DNA of 64,000 nt, taken from assembly GCA_000091205.1 (NCBI GenBank), contig AP006499.2; one strand, 5' to 3'. The notes below the pieces were generated by a model that worked only from the letters and a program-made list of their open reading frames with translations, was not told where the DNA came from and did no database searches. Both the position numbers and the translations under genes were made by a program. The DNA is from Cyanidioschyzon merolae (lineage: Eukaryota). Every line of letters starts with the position of its first letter. Within the stretch, counting starts at the first letter, position 1. Of this stretch, positions 20,401-30,515 are shown piece after piece.

Positions 20401-23238
20401 CTTGCGTCTAGGCGATGGATACGGCCCTGGTGTGACCGTTGTCGATGTGCGCCAGCTCGATGTCTGGTAGACAACGTCGTCCACACAGGCTGCGTCGGGA
20501 GCGAGTCCCGCGCGTGTCAGCTCAGCGAGTCGCTGCACTTCAGCGTTCAGGTATCGAAAGACGGTGGACGCATCTACGGGATCCTTTGCAAGGTCGCCGA
20601 TGCGCTTTCCATTCAGAGCTAGCAACGCTGACGTATCGGCAGGCAGACCAATGCTCCGTAGCCACTGACGAGTGCGTACTTCCGCGTGCACCAGCATCGC
20701 GCACTGGCTCGAGTCGTGAACCTTTGCAGCAGCAGCAGCGCCGCCGCTGCGGAGACCGAACAACGCACCCAAGACTCGCTTCTTGCCGTGCGGATGTAGA
20801 ATCAGCGATTCGTAGTCGTGTTCGGCATCGAAGCTGGACGAGGTCTGATTCGGAGAAGCCGCTTGCATGCCCGCTGCTGTCTGGAGGAAGACGCGTCGGA
20901 CCTGGTCAGCTCTTGGTGGTAACGGCGGCAGCGCGATGGTGCTCGAGCGGCCCCCGAGTCCCTGCAGCATCCACAGTGCAGCGAGCGGGTGTTCCCGCTG
21001 TACCGTTGCGTGCAACTCGCTCAGAAACGAGGCCGCTGCTCGTCGGGAACGCCGCACATGCAGCAAGTAGTATACTGCTCGGCAGATGACCGCATCCGTT
21101 GACGGTTCCAATGGAGAGCGCCTTGGGGGGAGCTCCCCAGGCGACTGGAGATCACCGCGTCTCCATCCCAGCGACCTCAGCATGCCCAGAGCGCGCGACC
21201 AAGGAGAGCGTGGTGCACCCGCGGTGTCACCGGCTGAAGCGTTCCACCGGTACGCTGCCTCATGCGGTGGCACCAGCACCAGCGATATCTGAAAGGGAAG
21301 GACGGGGTCGCGGTTCTTGACCCATTGGATCAACTGAGCGGACGCTTCGAGTCCAGCCGCGGAGCCTGGGTTCACAAAGGCCACCAGCCGGAAAGCGTTT
21401 CGACGTAGTTTCGGAAATGCCTTTGCGCTGGGGCTCTGCAGCAGCTCCTGGAAGCTCGGACTCCAGTTCTGGTATTTGCGATCCCGCTCTATGTCATTCA
21501 GGCGGAAAATGAAAAGCTGCTCCACCGATTGTACAGGATCGCTGTCGGATTCCTCTGTACAATCTAAGAGTGCCGGTAGGTAGAGGCGCGTATCGACGAT
21601 TGTCGTACTTGCTTCAGCTTCGCTTTGACGATGGGTGATGTTCGCAAGAAAGCGTTCTCGATCATCAATCGCCGCTGTTTTCAGCGGATCCATCATGTCC
21701 CAGATACGGTAAGCAGCCAAATGTGCGGCAGCGATGCTGGCGGCACAGAGCGCCACCGATGAAGCGTCTGGGCTGACCTGTCGTCCATTGAGAAATAAGA
21801 CCGAAGGCAGGTTGTCCCAGTGCAGTTCAGGATGCAGGCGACTGAGGTTCTCCGCAGACGCTGTGAGCAGAGCTCGGCTTTGCGCCACGGAAGCCGCAAA
21901 CGAAGGCTCTGCCTTGGCCTCCTTCCAGAGAGCGGCGCCAATGCTCGGAAGATCATTGCCCAGCTGCTCGATACCCTGCAGCAGCGATCCCGTCAGGTCC
22001 ATCAGCAACTCCTCTAGCGTTTCAGATGCACCAGTGTGCTTCGTCGCTTCCGACCAAAGCGATTGCATGAGCAGCGCATCCAGAGTCGCTTGGATTTCAT
22101 CCTTATCGAGGTCCTGAATGTCGATCGCAACAGATCCTGCGGCACCACGCTGTCTGACATGTTGCGTCTTGTTGCGCTGCAACCAGAGCGTCTCGTTCTG
22201 CTTCGTGTCTAGCACCACGTAATCGGAGCTTTTCAGCGCCAGCTCTACTGTGTAGCCGCTTAATGACATCATCTGCGTCGCGTCACTGGAAAAGTCGGCC
22301 GTTAGCGCCGCTCGACTCGGTGCCGCTCTCCGCATCCGAATGACGTAGACGAGCTCGCAGTTCTGGGCACGTTCACGGACTGCACGATGAAAAGCGGAGA
22401 ACGCATCGTCACGGAAAACATCTGTGTACAGAATGGCAGCGATGAGCGGTTCAGTACCAGACTGATCGGTCCAGCGTTTGTCGCCCGGGACATGCGGCGC
22501 TGCTGCACTGCCACCGACACAGCCCAGGACCGTATCCGACGGCAGCAGGAAGCGTTGGGAGGCAAGATTCCAGCGATGTACCTCGTCTATGTTTCGCGGG
22601 AAGCGACTGCGACAAGCATCAACATGATGACCAAGGGAAGCGAGCGCTGCTTCATCGGCGATCGGGATGCGTTCCGCACCGCATACGAGGAGTACCCACG
22701 TGGAGTCTACTGCGTTCAGAGCGGGCTCCAGCTGATCGCGATCGTCCGTCTCCAAACGCTCATGGAGCTGTAGGCGTGCGGCGTAAACACGCTGGACAAC
22801 GAGTACTTCCAAACTTCTCCACGCTTGGCGAACCGCTGCAGTCAACGCGTCAGCCTCTACTGAGGAAGTCAGATCAGCGGCAGCTGCGGTCCACGCAAGC
22901 TCCAGCCGCGTTCGCAGCCAGCGTATGGCACTGAGCTCGCGCTCCGAGTCCGAGTTAGCGCTGCGAAGTAGATCAGTCCCGTCCGCGATCTGGTCCAATA
23001 AACTCCAGAACAAGCGATCTGAATATATTCTGCGTATGCCTTCTAAAAGCTCTAGCGGCAACGATGATGCGTTCCAGGGTGCTACTACGTCAACGTGGAG
23101 TGCCTTCACGCTGCGCCGCACCGCTGCAGGCAAAAAACTCTGCGAAATACCGATACATAATGATGCACAGATTATCAGCGTATACACCGCGCATACCCAC
23201 AGTCCTAATGAGAAACGTTGTCGCCCGAAGCTCCGCAT
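17461..23238 (-). CDS. UGGT: UDP-glucose:glycoprotein glucosyltransferase (UGGT, ER folding sensor), 1925 aa from the first plausible ATG
   Basis: The C-terminal GT24/GT8-like catalytic domain has KILFLDVLFP..VERIIFIDSDQVVRGDLGELW..YGFVPFCDD..YHISALFVVDL. Long N-terminal thioredoxin-like region. The first ATG (23238) gives a hydrophobic signal peptide, MRSFGRQRFSLGLWVCAVYTLIICASLC. The ORF-track extension to 23886 runs through the 65-bp tandem repeats and is an artefact. The C-terminus reads ...RHDELR*. Confidence 0.9.
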   Translation of the reverse strand: MRSFGRQRFSLGLWVCAVYTLIICASLCIGISQSFLPAAVRRSVKALHVDVVAPWNASSLPLELLEGIRRIYSDRLFWSLLDQIADGTDLLRSANSDSERELSAIRWLRTRLELAWTAAAADLTSSVEADALTAAVRQAWRSLEVLVVQRVYAARLQLHERLETDDRDQLEPALNAVDSTWVLLVCGAERIPIADEAALASLGHHVDACRSRFPRNIDEVHRWNLASQRFLLPSDTVLGCVGGSAAAPHVPGDKRWTDQSGTEPLIAAILYTDVFRDDAFSAFHRAVRERAQNCELVYVIRMRRAAPSRAALTADFSSDATQMMSLSGYTVELALKSSDYVVLDTKQNETLWLQRNKTQHVRQRGAAGSVAIDIQDLDKDEIQATLDALLMQSLWSEATKHTGASETLEELLMDLTGSLLQGIEQLGNDLPSIGAALWKEAKAEPSFAASVAQSRALLTASAENLSRLHPELHWDNLPSVLFLNGRQVSPDASSVALCAASIAAAHLAAYRIWDMMDPLKTAAIDDRERFLANITHRQSEAEASTTIVDTRLYLPALLDCTEESDSDPVQSVEQLFIFRLNDIERDRKYQNWSPSFQELLQSPSAKAFPKLRRNAFRLVAFVNPGSAAGLEASAQLIQWVKNRDPVLPFQISLVLVPPHEAAYRWNASAGDTAGAPRSPWSRALGMLRSLGWRRGDLQSPGELPPRRSPLEPSTDAVICRAVYYLLHVRRSRRAAASFLSELHATVQREHPLAALWMLQGLGGRSSTIALPPLPPRADQVRRVFLQTAAGMQAASPNQTSSSFDAEHDYESLILHPHGKKRVLGALFGLRSGGAAAAAKVHDSSQCAMLVHAEVRTRQWLRSIGLPADTSALLALNGKRIGDLAKDPVDASTVFRYLNAEVQRLAELTRAGLAPDAACVDDVVYQTSSWRTSTTVTPGPYPSPRRKESATAAVLATRLVLVPAFETQLLSATSQLVSGSTALQQEHIEQGLQSIALLWDALFAQQQQHTQGDAVHLLNIPYRLAVVDAADAHDDGCQPPLTVWLLLDLDTTFGCRFLHDAMRVLAEQQWTQPSHHPGAAAWPSAVRLGLFHTGLQAGPVARSLMQLWTATPANASRSSMQLDDALRRRLERICGGVEVSPASTAPTLTGTPAPNWLRLLFSGGWGVDPGQLALVVNGRRYRIDRDEVWAHHAAALFKAVLQREAALMEARCGSYIIRQTKPLSGRCSPVDQSHQADAVLISTILADVLDGSCRPSGGSLLVQQSPSELPLDSLRRLRHLVPALRYRKAPAVPRQHTGSALRAEGLIAPFTAADASFTLVLRKLLGEALDAELDVTLNPRLQWRGDDGRLLQPRYVRSKLVTRFADALANGTSASVIFDRLAEHRIHSVHLRTPATWFTTVQHAELDPDNVALVQWAPPGTPSHRSIRYELSKLIVEGFVVDRQPSTRAPGLALRLEQHGGIRHPDHCSRERRSRVETVVMEGSGYFQLALTPGIWRLVPIPIPSAFGRQRDDLSIALVEAQRAPYAARLVDLQPIDASNATLLVVDDLWGQSTQSQPLLLLRVAHLQRTWYERVWALVAALRTSSQVQRRERLCLPPSASSSSSSSADKRPLIHLFSIASGHLYERLLRIMMLSAVRATPRYRCKFWLVGNFLSPRFRAQLPRLAHRLGFDYELVWYAWPRWLRPQHEKQRLIWAYKILFLDVLFPSDVERIIFIDSDQVVRGDLGELWELALGSRAVYGFVPFCDDRPEMDAYRFWKRGFWAKHLRGQPYHISALFVVDLKRFRAHRAGDTLRALYQRLSADPESLSNLDQDLPNYASVPLAEQSGTMNAAEPLVPLESLPSEWLWCETWCSEQSKARAKTIDLCNNPSTHESKLESARRIIPHWDELDTEATAAATLVDDHAWEAFVAQREQSMHPTRHDELR

Positions 23239-23587
23239 CAGCACCTCGGCTGCCAGCTCATGCGGAAAGCACCTGGCTGGCAGGGCGTAGCAGGCTTGAG
23301 CGGCGACAGCGCGGTAGCATCCGCTGCCGCCTCGGCTGGGAATCGCTCCTGCCTGCGTCTGTGTTGGGCCTTCGTTCAACCAGGTACACCAGGGGCCGTG
23401 CTTGCGCTCGAGAGCGCTATGCAGGAGGAGGTGCTTTCGTCGTCCAGTGCGCACCGTTGGACTCGATGCATACTCCCGTGCTGCTTGCTGGTACGTTCGT
23501 TGCCAGCGTAAGCTGCTTTGACTGCCTGGTGTTAATGCTGGGGCAAAGGCCGGGCGTTTGATGGTGTAGTCTGAAGTCAATGCATGG

Positions 23588-23782
23588 GATCTGGTGTTTC
23601 CGGAAGCACGCTCGTTGTAGGTAGTCGTGGAATCGACGTCTGGTACGCATGAGATCTGGTGTTTCCGGAAGCATGCTCGTTGTAGGTAGTCGTGGAATCG
23701 ACGTCTGGTACGCATGAGATCTGGTGTTTCCGGAAGCATGCTCGTTGTAGGTAGTCGCGGAATCGACGTCTGGTCCCTCACG
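23588..23782. repeat. Tandem repeat, 65-bp unit x3, about 350 bp upstream of the UGGT start
   Basis: 'gatctggtgtttccggaagca(c/t)gctcgttgtaggtagtcg(t/c)ggaatcgacgtctggtacgcatga' starts at 23588, 23653 and 23718. Confidence 0.85.
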
Positions 23783-24074
23783 AGCGCTGCAGCGTTTCTG
23801 GGCGAGCTCGAGATCGATCTTCTCGTTGGGTGTATCTCGTCGCTCGATCCGACGAGCTTTCGGGTGCTGCGTGTTCTGGTGGACACTTGTCACGTCGCTG
23901 CTAGGTGCGCTGCCCCTAGTTTTCCCGAGGGGCACCACGGCTTTGTCATAGATGCAGGGGTATGAGGTAGTCGTACCGATGAGGACGCATGGTGCTGCGG
24001 CGAGTCGCTAGCGCCCAGACTCATACCCGTTTCACCACCGCTGCGGTGGATAGCAGGCCATCGACGTCAAGATG

Positions 24075-25416
24075 TAATGTATTGGAGAGATCGTAGACGA
24101 ATTGCCCGTAGGATATATTCTCTACTGAATAGTGCAAGGGGACTGCATTCCTCTTCCGAGTCGGTCACATCATAGTACTCTGATGACTGGGGAACACTGA
24201 GCGCAACAAGTAGATACGCTCCGCGCCAAAAAGATGGTATTATCAAAGCGTGTTTGTGGTCATTCGTGGAAAACGACCCGTTGATTACCTCACAGAAACC
24301 AAAATCAACGATGATATACGCCACGGGTGCTTCTGTTTATCATCAGCTTGTTCGTGTCGTCCTATAAATACTGGGATAAAATCACAAAGAAGTCCAGTTG
24401 CACATACGGGCATCTACCGAAATCGCAACTAAAACATAGTTCATGGAATGTCACGACTCGTGTGAAGCGCTGGAACGTCGTTCTATTTCCGCAGTCGATG
24501 TCGCTTTCTTCGGATGAAGCGGTCGGAGCGCGTACGGATATTCGCGGAGAAGGGCCCTGTTGGACGTTCGATCGAACGCGAAGACAACGAGGACATTATC
24601 ATTTATTCTAGCTTTAGAAGATGTATTTGGTGGCCTCAGTTTCGCTCGTAAAAAAGACTCATGCACTAGCGCCAACCAGTTTGTCCAAGCACTAAAGACT
24701 TTTCCTTGATGTCTGGTGACGTCCTTCCATTGGACAACGCGACATTTCACCGTTCTTCTCGTGTCCGAGCTGTTGCCGATTTTATCCGGTCAGGGCTGCT
24801 TTTTATTCCTTATTACCCCTCGAATTTTTGAATCCAGCAAAGGAGTTTTGTCTATCGTGAAAAGTTATTACCGCTGCACTGGGAAAATCGCTGAAGCGCT
24901 CAGCACACCGCAACAAACCGAAGCACTTCGTGTTTCTTCCACAAGTCCTTGTCCATCCGTGAAGGTCCGTTCCTGTGAGCATAAACAAGAACGTTTATTT
25001 TCAAAAATTAAGACATCAGCTGGGGCGTACAATGTAAAAGGTCGAGATGGAGAAGACCCAGCGGAGCGTCTCGGCGATAGAAAAGCCCTGAGAACTGATA
25101 CAGCACCAAATTGCACAGAGCGCAAGCGTTCGAGGACTCCTTGCAATGGTGACTTCCACCCGCGGCAATGCACGCAAGGAGTCTGTGAATCGAGACTTTA
25201 ACGGTGCAATCAATATCAGGGGATGTGTGGTACTATAGACGACACCTGCGGAGCTGACGCCATCTAACTTTAAGTAGCAACCTCTCAGGCTCGAGATGTA
25301 CAGGAAGAAACTGAAACCGATCGCAGGATGCCGGTCAAAAAAGCCCAGGTGGCGTCAACGTGTAGACAGATACATTTGTCCTCCATGTTCATGAAACATT
25401 CTTCGTATCGCTGATC
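24075..25416 (+). mobile_element. Degenerate Tc1/mariner-like (IS630-Tc1-mariner superfamily) DNA transposon relic, copy A
   Basis: Collinear with copy B (42896-44255) at roughly 75-85% identity, judged by eye. Shared blocks include gatcgtagacgaattgcc..taggatatattct, gtggaaaacgacccgttga, gatgtctg.gacgtccttcca.tggaca, gttcgaggactccttgca and tgtacagg.a.aaactgaaaccgat.gcagg..ccggtcaaaaaag. Its frames carry decayed transposase motifs that are better preserved in copy B. Confidence 0.6.
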
Positions 25417-26355
25417 ATGTCTACACGTAGACCAGCCGCTGACGCATGGTCCAGCGGCGGAGACGGCATGCATTCAGTGCATTCCATAAATATACAGATT
25501 GGTGTATGTTTTGGGGCAGGGCCTTTTTTGGGTCAACGGCGTCTCCCGGCAGCGGTTCCTCGTCAGCATCGGTGCGCTGCTCACGTCGCTGACCTTCGAC
25601 GGATGAAGTCTCCCAGAGAAAGTGTCTCTTTTATCGCGCCGCTGAGTGTCCGGGTAGCTCAAGCGAGCTCGCCAGCGTCCGGGCGCTGGGAGCGTCCGCG
25701 GCTGCTGGGGAAGGGTGCTCCGCTGGTGCCGCTGCGACGTCGTCCACAGGCCCGGGTACACGCGGCGCTGCGCTTACGTTGCGTCGAAGGCACCGATTCC
25801 TTGAAAGGCATTCAGGTCGACTGTGAGCAGAAGATGGAGAAGACTATCGTCTCGCTCCGGAATAACCTGGCAGCGATTCGAACGAGTCGTGCCTCGCCTG
25901 CCTTACTGAACCGCATCCAGGTCAAGTACTACGGGGTTGACACACCGCTGCTCCAACTAGCGAGTATATCGACGCCGTCTAGTACCGCCCTCCAGATTGA
26001 ACCATACGACAAGTCGTGTCTAGGGGACATTGAGCGTACCATTGCGGAAAGTGACCTAGGACTGACTCCATCCAACGACGGCAACGTGATACGACTGAAC
26101 GTGCCACCGCTTACCGAAGAGCGACGAAAGCAGCTCGTCAAGGCTGCCAAGGAAATGGCAGAGGAAAGCCGCGTTGCCTTGCGCAATATCCGTCGCACCG
26201 GCGTGGATGCGGTGAAAAAGCTCGAGAAAGGGAGCGAAATCAGCAAGGATTTGAGCGCTGACGCCCAGGATGAGCTCACGAAAATGATCAAGCGATTTGA
26301 GGCAAAAGTCGATGAAATCATGCGCGCCAAAGAAAAAGATATCATGACCGTGTAG
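25417..26355 (+). CDS. Ribosome-recycling factor (RRF/Frr), organellar, with an Arg-rich N-terminal presequence
   Basis: The C-terminal RRF domain (MEKTIVSLRNNLAAIRTSRASPALLNRIQVKYYG..TPL...ASIS........IEPYDKS....IERTI..SDLGLTP..DGNVIRLNVPPLTEERRKQLVK.AKE..E..RVALRNIRR) is collinear with bacterial Frr. The ~130-aa N-terminal extension is basic, hydroxylated and acid-poor. ATG at 25417, TAG at 26353-26355. Confidence 0.85.
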   Translation: MSTRRPAADAWSSGGDGMHSVHSINIQIGVCFGAGPFLGQRRLPAAVPRQHRCAAHVADLRRMKSPRESVSFIAPLSVRVAQASSPASGRWERPRLLGKGAPLVPLRRRPQARVHAALRLRCVEGTDSLKGIQVDCEQKMEKTIVSLRNNLAAIRTSRASPALLNRIQVKYYGVDTPLLQLASISTPSSTALQIEPYDKSCLGDIERTIAESDLGLTPSNDGNVIRLNVPPLTEERRKQLVKAAKEMAEESRVALRNIRRTGVDAVKKLEKGSEISKDLSADAQDELTKMIKRFEAKVDEIMRAKEKDIMTV

Positions 26356-27853
26356 AGGCTAGTCCTGGTTTGCTCGTTCGTTGGTCGGTGCAGGCGATCG
26401 CCGGCTCGTAGGGACGGACGCTCTGCAGCGCCTGGAGCGAGGCAGAGCGGGGCAATCCAGTGTGGACTGCTGTGTCTTGGTGTATGTGCATACGTTCTTG
26501 TGTCGAATCAAGGACGGGCAGCGACAGTTGCTGCTGCTGCTGCTGCTGAAGCTGTGCGCGATCACGCTTATCTTGTGTGGTTTCCGGAACGCTTCAGATC
26601 GTAGCTGAGAGTAAATATCGGCCGTCTATGGACACTGGAATCCCTGCTTCGCTAGAAGGAGCACTTTTGATCAAGTTCTACCAGCACTGCCAGGAACAGC
26701 ACCGGGGGGTCTCCTTGCGCTTGTCTTCGAGCAGGAATCCCCGGGATCAGTTGATATTGGCCGAAGAATCCAGGTCCGTACAATCTACATCATCAACACA
26801 CGGGATTTACAGCGTTTATGCTGGAAACGTTGGGAGCGATTCGCAACTGGCACCGCAAAGATGCAGTTGGCTCTTTGAAAATGACTGAATCCGTGTCTCT
26901 GATGTATACGAATCCAGATATATTTGATGCAATCGATTCAGAGAGGTGTCTGACATGTGCCGTAGTTCAAACGTCTATGTTGCACGTGTAGTGCACCATC
27001 TCAGGCGACAGCATAGCGACAGGGCACATGGCTTGCAAGCTGGCAGCGCTATGTACTCGCAGCCTGGCGGGCCGCGTGCGGTACCCTCTCGATGCACCAC
27101 TCGTTGTCGACGGTGGCAAAGACAGGCATGTTGATTCACAGCACATGGTGTTCTTTGCGACAGCGAGGCGCAGTTGTACGTACCAGGTAGTTCGGGGCGC
27201 TCGTTCTCGATGCATCGTCGCGAATGCTAGCCACACCTGCAACCAGGTCCAATGCCCGCGTCGTATGGGCCGTTGCAGCGTCCCTGGAGAGACTGATTTG
27301 CGTACGCATCGAGACGGAGTCGCGCAGCGTTCTGCGCTCTCGCCCAATCACTGGAGCAGCATCGGAGAGAGATGAAATCATATCTTGGCGTCCTTGCTCT
27401 TACAAGACGAATCCGTCGTGCGACAGACCAGTAGGCAGCACGACGGTGCAGTGCTTGAGCATCCACTGTAGCGCCGCAGTGCAGAGGCGCTTTTCGCCGC
27501 CCAGAACTAGGCTGCAGCAAGTTCTGAAGGCGTGTCCATCTCGAAGGGAACCTGAACCCGGCTTCAGAAGCGTAAGAGCGAGCGACACCGGCGATGGTTA
27601 CTTCGTGTTCCTTGCGCATGAATTGCCACCACCGATCCGATAGTGTCGCGAACAATTAGTGAAACAGGAGGTAGACCAGCGTGTCCGTGTTACCGCAAAT
27701 ACTCAAGTCTATTGAATGCTAGATACGGATTTGGAATCCGTTTCCGCATCATTCCGAACGAGGACGATATGACCGCGCGTCTACAAGTTGAGGCTCGAGG
27801 GCGCTCGCGAGGATCCTGCACGACCGAGCCCGCTATGTCGGCTGCAGCGCATC

Positions 27854-28594
27854 TCAGAACACTGTTATCAATGCGAACGAGGTGTACCAGAGACCTACAG
27901 GATACGCCACCAGGGGCCAGTTCCCCGCAGGGATTGCGAGAACGGCAGTGAATATTCTGCTTGCCGTGCTGGTGCACCAGAGCACAGCAACGCCGGCCAT
28001 AATCGCCCGGAACGCGAGCGGTGGCACCAATAATACCAAGAACGCCAGTACCACAATAGGTAGCAGCCCGTAGCCCAGAACACTTACGATACGATAGAGA
28101 TCAAGTTCTCTACCTGCCATGAGGTTCAACACCAAGTAGATGCTAAGACAACCGACAATCGCAATACCATAGATCACACCAAAGTGTACTTTTCCTCGCA
28201 AGAGCAGCGCCATGCCCAGTAGAAAAGCGTACAGCAGGGGCCCAGCCATATCCGGTTCGTCAGCGAATGATTTTTCAAAACGGCGGAGCGGGTTGAGAAC
28301 CTGAAGGCTCTTGCGCCAAATGGCTTCAGGATGGATCCCCAGCTCTTCCAGCAGCGGTGGTTCGTCTTCTCCCACAGACGCTCCGGAGAGCGCCCTTCCC
28401 AGTTCAAAAGAGGCACTGCGGGCGTGCCAGCTCGTTGTCGCACTAGGGTGCCGCTGGGGTTCCCTAACCGTCGACCAGGCCGGGGCAACGCTCACCGCAT
28501 TGTCCTGATAGAGTGTCGACGGCCCGGTGCTGTACGGCACACTCGAGCCGCCGTAAAACTCCAAACCGTTACCTTCGCGAGCCCCGCCACTCAT
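27854..28594 (-). CDS. Yip1-domain family protein (YIPF5/YIF-like ER-Golgi membrane protein)
   Basis: N-terminal [16 protein letters not shown]..Y resembles YIPF5 MSGFENLNTDFYQTSY. The conserved [28 protein letters not shown] resembles [28 protein letters not shown]. Five hydrophobic TM segments sit at the C-terminus. The ORF-track start at 28609 is TTG; the first ATG is at 28594. Confidence 0.8.
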   Translation of the reverse strand: [246 protein letters not shown]

Positions 28595-28869
28595 CGTACT
28601 TGCCGCCAAAACAGACCCAAGTCGGAACTGTTTGCCCGTCGGTCTGCTCGTCCGTTCGTTCCGCCAATTAGAGAATATCCAGTGCTGGTTACGGGACTTG
28701 TGTTTCGGCGAGCACCAGACTCGGACCCTGAAACTGTTGGCTGTGGCGGGTCGACGCGCCCCCCCGCGGACAATACCACCTGGGCAGCGGGGCGCACGTG
28801 CACTACGGCAGCAGTCCGCGTACCGCTGCGGTTTCGATCGTCCTCGTGGATCGTCTTGTGATGTTCGTT

Positions 28870-29170
28870 ATTATGGATATGACGCTGGTAACGAAGCATG
28901 CTTCCCGGTGTTTATCGTTGAGAGAAGTATGTTCGCTTTTGGTGGCAACGCATATCCACATTCTTTCCGATCGAATGTATTTGGCTCTGCTGCGTTCTTG
29001 TCGTATCCATTTTCTTGGCGAAAAGAAGTATGCTCGCTTCTGTTGCCAAAGGAATGCCACAGTCTCTCTGATAGACGGTAGTGTATTCGGTTCTGTTGTT
29101 CGCTTCGCGCATCCATTTTCTTGGTATAGGCCAATGTCCAGGCTTCTGGTGTCAAAGCAGCTCCGCATTC
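28870..29170. repeat. Imperfect ~100-bp tandem repeats (about 2.5 diverged copies)
   Basis: Recurring 'agtatg(t/c)tcgctt(t/c)tg(g/t)tg(g/c)caa...ccattttcttgg' blocks include 'gaagtatgttcgcttttggtggcaacgcatatccac', 'gaagtatgctcgcttctgttgccaaaggaatgccac' and 'agtgtattcggttctgttgttcgcttcgcgcatccattttcttgg'. Confidence 0.5.
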
Positions 29171-29800
29171 TTTTCCGTGAGCGTTCGCCGACCATGCGAT
29201 CTGAATAATTACCCTCCAAAACATCCAGCACGATGCTCCTGTCTATTCTACAGAATCGTTATCTGGGTGCTTGGCATACAACGAGCTTCCTCGGTGCCGA
29301 CGCAATGCTTCATATTCCGCAGATGCCGGCAAATCCGCGAACTGAAACTACGCGGCTGCCTTCTTCTCATATAGGTACGGTATGCTGCTCGAATCGGAAG
29401 AGTTGCTTCGAGCCTGGAAGGCCTCCAATCAATGCACCAAGGTGTCGTTTCTACTGCAGGACACGAAGATGCACATACACGTTGCTCGATGGAAGGCGGT
29501 AACCTTTTGTCCAAATGTTGGCTTTCACCTGCACCAGCGAAGATCATGATCGAGTCCCGTTCAGCGGGCTCTCGACTACATATTTGGTTGCTGATACCCA
29601 CCACCGCGAGTCAGTGTTCTCGCCTGAGCAGGATTCTCGCTGTTGACACGACGGATCCTGACTGCATTCGATGATTGAGCAGGTCCCTTGTGTGGATTAC
29701 GGCCGCAACGGAACCCCGCAGAGCCTGAAGGAATGCTTGGTCGATGCACCGATTACAACATTGTGAAGAACAACGTCCAGACAAGTGCGAGAGATTGGTT

Positions 29801-30080
29801 TGCATGCGCATCAACGAAAGCCTGCTCATAACCTATGCATTTCGTGGTGGTATCGGAGCGAGTTTCAAAATACCTCTGGGGCGTCTTCCGGCAACAGCGA
29901 CACGGTATCGGAGGCCGCGCGTCCGTACGCGGCGTATTTATCAACGAAAGCCTGCTCATAACCTATGCATTTCGTGGTGGTATCGGAGCGAGTTTCAAAA
30001 TACCTCTGGGGCGTCTTCCGGCAACAGCGACACGGTATCGGAGGCCGCGCGTCCGTACGCAGCGTATTTGCCCATGCAGC
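29801..30080. repeat. Tandem duplication, 140-bp unit x2
   Basis: 'tcaacgaaagcctgctcataacctatgcatttcgtggtggtatcggagcgagtttcaaaatacctctggggcgtcttccggcaacagcgacacggtatcggaggccgcgcgtccgtacgc(g/a)gcgtattt' occurs at 29801 and 29941. Confidence 0.75.
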
Positions 30081-30515
30081 GTGAGATATCATCGGTACCG
30101 GGGTCAAGCTAATGATTTCGCGAGCCTCATTGCATGACGATGTTGTGCAACGAACGGATGTGCGTCAGATGACTAGGCCTTTGATTCCGGATGCCTGCAA
30201 AGTTTTCGGCTGCACTGCAGTCTAGCTTACGCGCTGCCTTATGCCGGGGCGTACTCGTCATGCCTCTGTCGCCGGAGCGACACAACGCCGTGGAGGTTCA
30301 GCTGCTGCGCGACACCAGAATCACCATCCATTTGGTATATTTTTGGTGACTTGTGGTTTCATTCCCCAGACAAGCCCACTGGGGAAGCGATCCAGGTAGA
30401 TCGGGTTCTACGCGACGCCAAAAGAACAGGACGCCGTGTCATTGGACGCTGGGAGCTCGCCCGCATGCATGAGCGCTCACATCACTGGACGGTTGCTTTG
30501 AGAGTTTCAGAAAGT

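Noticed and set aside
23239-23886. ORF-track N-terminal extension of UGGT (MSTRTRSTRK...) and the overlapping 23417-23938 ORF
   Set aside because: Both read through the 65-bp x3 tandem repeat (the repeated peptide TSIPRLPTTSMLPETPDLMRTRRRFHDYLQRACFRKHQI). They also lack a signal peptide, whereas the ATG at 23238 gives a canonical hydrophobic signal.
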